Positions 37,886-44,560 of a stretch of DNA of 64,000 nucleotides are shown piece after piece. The stretch lies in the NCBI GenBank assembly GCA_003135635.1, contig PLCJ01000001.1, forward strand, positions 99,418 to 163,417, given 5' to 3'. Each line of letters starts with the position of its first letter. Position 1 is the stretch's first letter. The stretch comes from Candidatus Adlerbacteria bacterium. GTDB lineage: Bacteria; Patescibacteriota; Minisyncoccia; Phycocordibacterales; SBAW01. A program made the translations under genes and the position numbers. The notes beneath the pieces are model-generated. The model was not told the origin of the DNA. It was given only the letters and a program-made list of their open reading frames with translations, and did not search any database.

Positions 37886-37912
37886 GGCCCAGGATATAAA
37901 TGGTCCTGGGCC
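37886..37912. terminator. Hairpin downstream of dut/SemiSWEET
   Basis: GGCCCAGGA-N9-TCCTGGGCC. Confidence 0.65.
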
Positions 37913-37917
37913 TCCCG

Positions 37918-38487
37918 TTATTTTGTACCAGTAGATCCAAAGCCACCAGCACCTCGTTGAGTTCCATCCAAATCTTGATAGGCGGTGACTTCTGTGATCT
38001 CCGGAATGAGGGCTGTCTGAAAAACAATCTGAGCAATACGTATGTTGTGGTGAAGATCGAACTTGCTCTTATTGCGATTGTATACCAGTACGCCAGCTTC
38101 TCCTCGATAATCAGGGTCGACCGTCCCAGGTGCATTAGTGACCGTAATACCATACTTGGAAGCGAGGCCACTTCTTGGTGCTACCCAATAGAACATTGGG
38201 TATGGCATCTCTGTAACGAAGCCGATGCCAACCAGAACCGATTCTCCAGGGTCCATTCGGTATACTAGTTCACCGCCTTCGGTTTTCACGATATGGCGGC
38301 TAATTTCTGGATCGGTGGGAATTGTTTCGAAGTCGAAAAGTGTTTTCCGGAGACTCGAGTTATGGGGATCCATTTCTCGAGGGCAAATAATTGCTCGAAG
38401 CGAGACATCATAACCGATGGCTCCGTCTGTTTGCCGCTTGGGAAGTTTTCCACCGGGTAAGACATAAATCTTCAGACGAGACTGCAT
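37918..38487 (-). CDS. dut: dUTP diphosphatase
   Basis: 'AIGYDV', 'PRSGLA', 'PGTVDPDYRGE', 'RIAQ', 'RGAGGFGSTG'. Confidence 0.97.
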   Translation of the reverse strand: MQSRLKIYVLPGGKLPKRQTDGAIGYDVSLRAIICPREMDPHNSSLRKTLFDFETIPTDPEISRHIVKTEGGELVYRMDPGESVLVGIGFVTEMPYPMFYWVAPRSGLASKYGITVTNAPGTVDPDYRGEAGVLVYNRNKSKFDLHHNIRIAQIVFQTALIPEITEVTAYQDLDGTQRGAGGFGSTGTK

Positions 38488-38566
38488 CTCCTGCTCCTTT
38501 GATTGTTATTTTCTCTATAGCTCCTGTTGTGCACTCTATCCACCGGTATATATAAGTCAAGCATCT

Positions 38567-38599
38567 CTGCTCCGCCCGATGTACGACGTTAAACCTATT
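38567..38599 (+). repeat. att-like site A
   Basis: CTGCTCCGCCCGATGTACGACGTT-AAACCTATT. Confidence 0.65.
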
Positions 38600-38656
38600 A
38601 AATAAAAAAGAAACCGCCCGACCCGAGAAAGCCAGATGGTTCCTACGGTAGGCGGC

Positions 38657-38950
38657 TTATTTTTTTTGAACTTCTATATAAAAGCGATCCCCATTACGAT
38701 GCAAAACCGCAAACTCTCCTTCTATGGAACCATAAAAGGTGTGGCGTTCCGAACGCCAGTGCGGATTAAATATTGCCAGTATTTTTGGCAATAGAGAACT
38801 TTTCTCCGCATCCTTAGTCTTGCTGTCCGGTTCAGTTGTGAGCTCGATCGCTTCATCTCGTATTAGTTTTTCTATGTCTCCTGTCCGGATCAAGATTTTT
38901 TCGTCACGGTACCCAGGTTCTAATTCCAAGGGGTTTCTCCTTCTTGTCAT
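38657..38950 (-). CDS. Hypothetical protein (cassette 1)
   Basis: 97-aa ORF between sites A and B, with a downstream CCGCC/GGCGG hairpin and A-tract. Confidence 0.7.
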   Translation of the reverse strand: MTRRRNPLELEPGYRDEKILIRTGDIEKLIRDEAIELTTEPDSKTKDAEKSSLLPKILAIFNPHWRSERHTFYGSIEGEFAVLHRNGDRFYIEVQKK

Positions 38951-38990
38951 GTTTTATATTGTGGGTGTAACTATGTCAAATAATAATCTC

Positions 38991-39024
38991 CACTTCCACC
39001 TGATAAAGAATGTTCGAACCTATT
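38991..39024 (+). repeat. att-like site B
   Basis: CACTTCCACCTGATAAAGAATGTTCGAACCTATT. Confidence 0.7.
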
Positions 39025-39128
39025 CAAGAAGGGAAGTCGTCTATAATTTGACAGTCAAACTAAATTATTGTATACAATAGAGAGAGCGGACAAATTGTTG
39101 TCTGCAATATAACGGGAGGAAACACCTT

Positions 39129-39449
39129 GTGATAGAGAATACGCATAACGATACCGGATACAACAAATACCTTCGTGAATATATGGACGACAGCACCGAG
39201 AAACTCAAGGAAATCCTTCAGGACTGGGAAAAGAAACACTGGTGCATAAGGGGATTCCTTGCGGTCTACACGCCCTTTTTCATCGATTGGGCACTGAGGA
39301 ACGACGTAATAAAAGACCTGATCAATGCACGCGAAAATCCCGACGGCGTCGTCGCGAAAAGGATCTTCCCGATTCTGGAGGGCTGGCGTGCTGAGCGACT
39401 TCGTTCATCAGGAGGCTATATGTACATAGTGAAGAACGGCAATCGGTGA
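39129..39449 (+). CDS. Hypothetical protein (cassette 2)
   Basis: TTGACA at 39048 with -10-like TATACAAT; SD GGGAGGA before GTG; own terminator. Confidence 0.75.
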   Translation: MIENTHNDTGYNKYLREYMDDSTEKLKEILQDWEKKHWCIRGFLAVYTPFFIDWALRNDVIKDLINARENPDGVVAKRIFPILEGWRAERLRSSGGYMYIVKNGNR

Positions 39450-39477
39450 AATCCTCGTGCAGAAAGTCTTTCCTAAG

Positions 39478-39510
39478 AACCCCGCCCCTTAAGGTGGCGG
39501 GGTTTTCTTT
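39478..39510 (+). terminator. Intrinsic terminator of cassette 2
   Basis: AACCCCGCC-N9-GGCGGGGTT-TTCTTT. Confidence 0.8.
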
Positions 39511-39542
39511 GCTCTTCTGACTGGGTGATGTTCGAACCTATT
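39509..39542 (+). repeat. att-like site C
   Basis: TTGCTCTTCTGACTGGGTGATGTTCGAACCTATT. Confidence 0.75.
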
Positions 39543-39557
39543 TTAAGTGAGTTTGAC

Positions 39558-39959
39558 TTAACTTTTATCCTTCAGCATCTTTTTTATCGGCTGCCAATAA
39601 TGGGTCTTCCAACCGCTGTCAATGTGTTTTGCCTCTTTCGCAGGAATATCGATATGAGTAAAACTGAGCGCGGTTCCTTTCTTTGTAGGTTTAAATTTGT
39701 AGGAAACAATTGAAAAATGTCCCCGGGGCCACCCTGCTCCTCTCCACGCCTGAACTATTCTTTTATCTTTTACAAGGTCGAGGTTGATGCTGTAAATGTA
39801 GCTTCCGTATGCGCGAGATATACCTCCTATCTTCTTGCTAATCCTTGCAAGTTCGCCACTGAACTTTGCGTGCTTCTTAGAATCCATAATAGCTTCATAC
39901 AAAACATGTGGGCTCACGCTGAAAGTAACAGTTTGTCGCACATCTTTGGTTTTTATCAT
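39558..39959 (-). CDS. SRPBCC/AHSA1 domain protein (cassette 3)
   Basis: 'LYEAIMDSKKH', 'RIVQAWR...WP.GHFS', 'GWKTHYW'; TATAAT-6 nt-ATG. Confidence 0.9.
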   Translation of the reverse strand: MIKTKDVRQTVTFSVSPHVLYEAIMDSKKHAKFSGELARISKKIGGISRAYGSYIYSINLDLVKDKRIVQAWRGAGWPRGHFSIVSYKFKPTKKGTALSFTHIDIPAKEAKHIDSGWKTHYWQPIKKMLKDKS

Positions 39960-39996
39960 GCTGTTATTATACGTCATTGAATAATGAAGAAAGTCC

Positions 39997-40030
39997 TAGC
40001 CTCGTCTCGTAGATGACGGTCGAATCTATT
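39997..40030 (+). repeat. att-like site D
   Basis: TAGCCTCGTCTCGTAGATGACGGTCGAATCTATT. Confidence 0.6.
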
Positions 40031-40054
40031 TAACTGTGTAGACTCTATAAAAAA

Positions 40055-40088
40055 ACCAAACACAGTGCCTATTGGCACTGTGTTTGGT
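40055..40088 (-). terminator. Intrinsic terminator of cassette 4
   Basis: Perfect 15-bp stem ACCAAACACAGTGCC-TATT-GGCACTGTGTTTGGT, preceded by an A-tract (U-tract on minus). Confidence 0.85.
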
Positions 40089-40109
40089 GTACCGGACGTA
40101 ATGTAGAGA

Positions 40110-40853
40110 TTATTTATTACCCTGACCGATAACATCAAGATGAATTCCGTCAGAAGTATTAGTGGAGCCAACAAGACCTGCCTTGTTCCCAGTATCATCG
40201 CTGTCTTTATCGTTGTTAGCGGTACTTCCAACTACGACACTGGTCGCAGTGATGATGGAGCCATCAGCGTTAGGGGTGCCGGCTACCTTCACCTTGTCAC
40301 CGCTTTGCAGCGATGCGATGGTTGAGGTCGCGCCGTTAATTGTCACGGTCGTAGAGGCATTCCCCTGGACGGTGAGTGTGTGTTTACCGGCATTTGCAGT
40401 GAATGAATCATTCGCAGCATTTACCGAACTCACTATAAATGACTTAAAGTGCAAGGCGACTACTCCGGCAAGGTCACGTACTTTCGTCGCTGCCACTGTC
40501 ATCGTTGAACCGATGTTGCTGAGCGTTCCGGTGAAGTTTATCTTATCGCCGACATTGATAGCGGCAGTTGTAGAGGCGGTAGTTTGGTCGTCCGCGGAAA
40601 CCTTGGTCGTAGACGAAATATTTACAACCCAATTTATGACGATGTTACTCAGCGTGGTAGCGGCGTTAATGACTGCGCCTGAAACCGAAGTAACTTCCGC
40701 ACCAATAACATTGACTATACCGTTTTCGTTTATACTGACATGGGTCTGTGCATTTGCATTTCCACCAATCCCCCGTGCTGAAGCCGCGGCTGGCACGACC
40801 GTGAGGACTGCTGTGAGCACTAGAGAGCCAAAGAACATAGTAAAGCGATTCAT
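40110..40853 (-). CDS. Secreted DUF5666-like tandem OB-fold protein (cassette 4)
   Basis: Signal peptide; two repeats of 'V..STT.V.....I/L..GDK(I/V)..G....(V/I).AT.V'. Confidence 0.75.
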   Translation of the reverse strand: MNRFTMFFGSLVLTAVLTVVPAAASARGIGGNANAQTHVSINENGIVNVIGAEVTSVSGAVINAATTLSNIVINWVVNISSTTKVSADDQTTASTTAAINVGDKINFTGTLSNIGSTMTVAATKVRDLAGVVALHFKSFIVSSVNAANDSFTANAGKHTLTVQGNASTTVTINGATSTIASLQSGDKVKVAGTPNADGSIITATSVVVGSTANNDKDSDDTGNKAGLVGSTNTSDGIHLDVIGQGNK

Positions 40854-41009
40854 AATGTGATTATTTATTATGTGGCTAATAGTTGAGGAATATCTTCATC
40901 CCTCGTTCTAGTGATGACGTTTTTATCTAATTCCCCTTACCGTGGTGCTAGTAAGCCTCGGCAGGCCACTTCATCCTCAACGTTGTTGCTTCTCGAACTG
41001 GTTTTCTAT

Positions 41010-41043
41010 TAACTCCCCCTCGTGAGGGATGCTAGAATCTATT
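41010..41043 (+). repeat. att-like site E
   Basis: TAACTCCCCCTCGTGAGGGATGCTAGAATCTATT. Confidence 0.65.
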
Positions 41044-41180
41044 TTGCTATACTCAAATAATGAAAAATTACTCAAAAATAGGAGGCGGCAAGGGGCGGCC
41101 GGCATATCGAACGCAAGCAACGTTTAGGTATCGAAAATATGTAACAATTATAAAGGGGAAAATAAAAAGAAAATAAAGCC

Positions 41181-41561
41181 ATGACTTTAAAAAAAGCTCC
41201 ATCCAAAAGCATCACTGGATACATCAATACCGCCCCTAAGGGGGCTCAGAAGAAATTGCGTGAAATGCGTGCGTGTATTCGCACATCGGCACCCGGGGCA
41301 AAGGAAAGTCTTAAGTGGGGAATGCCCGCTTTCTCCTACCGGAGAATACTGGTCACTTTTGCCGCATTCAAAAATCACATTGGCTTCTATCCCACGCCGT
41401 CTGCAGTCAGAGCCTTTGCGAATGATCTTTCGAAGTTTGCCACGGCTAAAGGATCAATTCAGTTTCCGCTGGAAAAGCCGCTACCTCTAACTCTGATCCG
41501 CAAGATCACCGCATTCCGCGTTCGAGAGAGTATAAAGGAAGATAAGAAATGGAAAACATGA
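41181..41561 (+). CDS. DUF1801/YdhG-like protein (cassette 5)
   Basis: 'IRTSAPGAKESLKWGMPAF', 'FAAFKNHIGFYP', 'KGSIQFPLEKPLP'. Confidence 0.9.
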   Translation: MTLKKAPSKSITGYINTAPKGAQKKLREMRACIRTSAPGAKESLKWGMPAFSYRRILVTFAAFKNHIGFYPTPSAVRAFANDLSKFATAKGSIQFPLEKPLPLTLIRKITAFRVRESIKEDKKWKT

Positions 41562-41594
41562 GACTATTCGAAACACACAATAATGTCTTAATCT

Positions 41595-41627
41595 TTACTC
41601 TCCTTGTGGAGGATGTTAAAACCAGTT
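41595..41627 (+). repeat. att-like site F
   Basis: TTACTCTC-CTTGTGGAGGATGTTAAAACCAGTT. Confidence 0.6.
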
Positions 41628-41639
41628 TGATTACATAAA

Positions 41640-41756
41640 AATGGAAAGCTCGCCCAAAAATGAGCGAGCCTGGATATCCTAGGTTATAGGAGCAACTACA
41701 ATGATGTAGACTACTCAATGCGTAATTCCCATATTTGACGGGCAGCGCGAACCCAC
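41640..41756 (-). ncRNA. Candidate small RNA (cassette 6)
   Basis: TTGACA (41791-41786)-N17-TATGGT (41768-41763); internal G-U-containing hairpin (41690-41716); terminator GCTCGCTCA-TTTT-TGGGCGAGC-TTT. Confidence 0.5.
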
Positions 41757-41800
41757 GCAGAAACCATACATAACTTCAAATGTTTTGTCAATCGTTTGGT

Positions 41801-41834
41801 CTGCTCCCCGCCTTGGAGGATGTTCGAACCTTTA
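41801..41834 (+). repeat. att-like site G
   Basis: CTGCTCCCCGCCTTGGAGGATGTTCGAACCTTTA. Confidence 0.78.
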
Positions 41835-42458
41835 TCGAATTAAAAGTAGCAATACAGCAAGTAGAGCCATACCGAAATCTTCAATGAGCGTGATTTTGGT
41901 TAGAGGAACTTTCAGGAACGTGCCCAAACATGCACACTGAAACTTCTCACCTTTCGCAAGTTTGATCGAAACACCAATACCACTAAAGAGCATGATGATA
42001 ATTTCTGCCCATAAAAGAACTGGACTTTGCAGACCCGCAAGCATAGCCAGACCAAAGGATAGTTCTATAAAAGGATAGATATAGCCGTATGCAGGTACTT
42101 TTTGAGCCAATAGGTCGTATGTTGAATATCCTTCTGCAAATCCCTTTAAGTCCATGAGTTTGAACCCGGCAAAGGTGAGGAAGAACCCTGCCATGAAGTA
42201 GGAGATGGTATTAGCAATACTGAATGTTCCTACAGAGTAATCCTTCAAAGAAACAACAAGTGTTCCCAGTAATAGTAAAACGAAGATAACAATAAGTGGA
42301 ACATAGCTACGCAGGGTGAGTTTGCCTAACCCTGTGTCGTTAACTTGAATAGCAGGTTTAGATTTGAGCGTGCTCTCCTCAACAAGAGCCATGCCGCATT
42401 TTGGACAGCGACCAGGGCTTTCTTGGCGAATCTCTGGATGCATTGGGCAGGTGTACAT
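41832..42458 (-). CDS. Heavy-metal-binding domain + MauE/DoxX membrane protein (cassette 7)
   Basis: 'YTCPMHPEI...PGRCPKCGMAL', 'YDLLA...YPFIEL', 'CACLG', 'IED'. Confidence 0.88.
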   Translation of the reverse strand: MYTCPMHPEIRQESPGRCPKCGMALVEESTLKSKPAIQVNDTGLGKLTLRSYVPLIVIFVLLLLGTLVVSLKDYSVGTFSIANTISYFMAGFFLTFAGFKLMDLKGFAEGYSTYDLLAQKVPAYGYIYPFIELSFGLAMLAGLQSPVLLWAEIIIMLFSGIGVSIKLAKGEKFQCACLGTFLKVPLTKITLIEDFGMALLAVLLLLIR

Positions 42459-42503
42459 ACGGCTGCTTGAGTGAAAATCTAATCAGCGCACTTTATTACA
42501 AAT

Positions 42504-43022
42504 CTAGTTTCTAATCTGTCTCCAAAGCCAGATTCCTGCTAAAACCAAGTCAACTAGCACAACGAGAGAAACAAGGAAGAAGAGTACTCCTCCTATGCCA
42601 TATCCTCCCATATGTCCACCTGGTCCATAGCCTCCCATCATGCCAAAGCCGTAATTACTATTTACCGGACAACCAAGAAATCTCTCACCCATAGCGATAT
42701 GTACTTGGCTCAATGTTGCAGAACCTTCCCCGCCCATTCCTTGCTCCATCGCTTGATGTTGCTGTTCTGTAATACCAGAGCCCATTACTGCATCGCCTAA
42801 GTTTTCAAATTGCGTTTGTGTGACTTTACTGCAATCTACTTGATTTTGACTAGCTACGTTCTGACTTTGATAAATAGCCTGGAGTGCTGCTGTGGTACTG
42901 GCACTTGATGAGGTCGCTTGAACACTATTTTGACCGTAGTTCATCATGCCCATTTGAGCAGATGCAGTGTGAGCGACAATAAACAAACTTACTACAAACA
43001 AAAGGCTTATGATTTTTTTCAT
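42504..43022 (-). CDS. Exported Met/His/Gly-rich membrane-anchored protein (cassette 7)
   Basis: Signal peptide; 'LGDAVM...QHQAMEQGMGGEGS..L.QVHIAMG..FLGC'; 'GMMGGYG'; C-terminal TM. Confidence 0.75.
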   Translation of the reverse strand: MKKIISLLFVVSLFIVAHTASAQMGMMNYGQNSVQATSSSASTTAALQAIYQSQNVASQNQVDCSKVTQTQFENLGDAVMGSGITEQQHQAMEQGMGGEGSATLSQVHIAMGERFLGCPVNSNYGFGMMGGYGPGGHMGGYGIGGVLFFLVSLVVLVDLVLAGIWLWRQIRN

Positions 43023-43136
43023 ATCAAAATAGTGAGAATAGATAATATCCTCATAGTAGACCTGTTGAGGGATTGCAACAACTTAAGTGCTGAACTGGTT
43101 CATTGGACAGGGATGGGTCACATCCACAAGATTAGT

Positions 43137-43165
43137 CTGCTCCGGCGGTAGGACTCGAACCTAGG
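43137..43165 (-). pseudogene. Orphan 3' fragment of a tRNA (Asn-type); array anchor site H
   Basis: Minus strand TAGG-TTCGAGT-CCTA-C-CGCCGGA-G-CA is T-arm + acceptor strand + G73; no matching 5' half (TCCGGCG) upstream before glyA. Confidence 0.75.
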
Positions 43166-43233
43166 CAATCATATATAAATTGAGCATGTTTAAAATCTAC
43201 CTCAAGACCTTTCGTGTGTGCTAGGCTGAACAC

Positions 43234-44496
43234 ATGTACAATTTTGTAGAAATGCAAGACAAAGAAGTACTTCAGATTCTCACAGGGGAGGAAAAACGCG
43301 AAGCAGAAGGACTTGAACTTATTCCATCTGAGAACTACGTCTCGCAGGCTGTACGAGAGGCAAACGGTTCTATTTTCACTAACAAATATTCAGAAGGATA
43401 TCCTGGGAAACGATATTACGGCGGTCAAACATATACTGACCAGATTGAGATATTAGCGATAGAGCGTGCAAAAACATTATTTAGCTGTGGCTATGCGAAT
43501 GTGCAGCCATTGTCGGGAGCGAATGCAAATATCGCAACATACTTCGCTCTTCTTTTACCGGGCGACACGGTGCTTGGCATGGATCTCTCTCATGGGGGAC
43601 ATCTTACTCACGGTGCGCCAGTCACCTATATCACCAAATTTTTTAATTTTGTGCGCTATAAGATGAAAAATCCGGATACTGGTGAGATTGACTATGAGGA
43701 AATGCGCAAAGTCGCTCTTGAAGTGAAGCCAAAAATACTTCTTGCAGGGTTTTCGGCATACTCGCGTGAACTTGAGTATGACAAATTTGTCTCCATCGCG
43801 CGAGAGGTGGGAGCCTATGCGGTCATTGATATTGCCCATATTGCAGGCCTTATTGCGGGAGGGGTGGCAAAAAATCCATTTGATTACGGATTTGACATCA
43901 TGACTTCTACCACCCACAAGACGCTACGTGGTCCGCGTGGAGGTCTTATTCTCGTGCGTGAAAGCGAAGAGTTGGCAAAAAAAATAGACCGGGCTGTTTT
44001 TCCTGGACTTCAAGGAGGTCCTCATATGCATACTATTGCTGCAAAAGCGATCGCATTCGGCGAAGCAATGCAACCTTCTTTTAAAGTGTATACTGCACAG
44101 ATTTTAAAAAATGCCAAAGCAATGGAAACGGTTCTCCACGATCGCAAAGTACGTATGCTCGGTGGAGGTACCTCAAATCATCTTATTCTCGCAGACGTGC
44201 ACGGATCCCTCGGTGTTGGAGGCAGAGAAGCTGAAGAGATTCTCGATAGCGTTGGCATTACGCTCAATAAAAATATGATTGCAAATGACACGCGACCACC
44301 TCTGGACCCTTCTGGTATTCGCTTTGGTACTCCTGCAATCACCACTCGGGGCTTTACCGAGAAAGAAAGCGCACAAGTAGCGAATCTGCTACTTGATGGA
44401 ATTGCGCATCGCGGCGACAAAATAAAGCTTGACTCCATACGGCAAGAAATACGAAAGATGTGCATACAATTTCCCATACCCGACTCATTTGTATAA
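43234..44496 (+). CDS. glyA: Serine hydroxymethyltransferase
   Basis: 'LIPSENY', 'YSEGYPGKRYYGG', 'GGHLTHG', 'STTHKTLRGPRGG'. Confidence 0.98.
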   Translation: MYNFVEMQDKEVLQILTGEEKREAEGLELIPSENYVSQAVREANGSIFTNKYSEGYPGKRYYGGQTYTDQIEILAIERAKTLFSCGYANVQPLSGANANIATYFALLLPGDTVLGMDLSHGGHLTHGAPVTYITKFFNFVRYKMKNPDTGEIDYEEMRKVALEVKPKILLAGFSAYSRELEYDKFVSIAREVGAYAVIDIAHIAGLIAGGVAKNPFDYGFDIMTSTTHKTLRGPRGGLILVRESEELAKKIDRAVFPGLQGGPHMHTIAAKAIAFGEAMQPSFKVYTAQILKNAKAMETVLHDRKVRMLGGGTSNHLILADVHGSLGVGGREAEEILDSVGITLNKNMIANDTRPPLDPSGIRFGTPAITTRGFTEKESAQVANLLLDGIAHRGDKIKLDSIRQEIRKMCIQFPIPDSFV

Positions 44497-44560
44497 GACA
44501 AAAAATAGTACCTACAAGCAGCTCTTTCCTCAGCAGCACGTTAGCTGCTAGTGTAGATAT

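Larger units (their letters stand above)
38567..43165. mobile_element. Putative tRNA-anchored cassette array (integron-like), 8 att-like sites
   Basis: Co-oriented degenerate sites at 38567, 38991, 39509, 39997, 41010, 41595, 41801 and 43137 separate unrelated transcription units; no integrase present. Confidence 0.65.

Noticed and set aside
38739-39080. 113-aa + strand ORF crossing site B
   Set aside because: Antisense to cassette 1; only its tail reflects the att motif frame.
40162-40860. 232-aa + strand ORF
   Set aside because: Antisense shadow of the signal-peptide-bearing DUF5666 gene, which owns the terminator.
40898-41005. Two further possible att-like sites (ATCCCTCGTTCTAGTGATGACGTTTTTATCTAA; ...GCTTCTCGAACTGGTTTT)
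   Set aside because: The first resembles site D but lacks the CGAA core and may be promoter sequence; the second matches only TCGAAC. Neither was counted.
41595-41627. Xer dif/pdif site (GGATGTTAAAA resembles the XerD arm TTATGTTAAAT)
   Set aside because: No inverted XerC arm, and the better-conserved copies read GTTCGAACC, matching a tRNA T-loop.
38567-43165. CRISPR array or classical integron attC array
   Set aside because: Repeats are degenerate and 0.2-1.3 kb apart with whole genes between them. There is no cas or intI, and no RYYYAAC...GTTRRRY hairpin; only site A has GTTAAAC.
43137-43233. Complete or intron-split tRNA-Asn
   Set aside because: No D-arm, anticodon arm or 5' acceptor strand is found before glyA.
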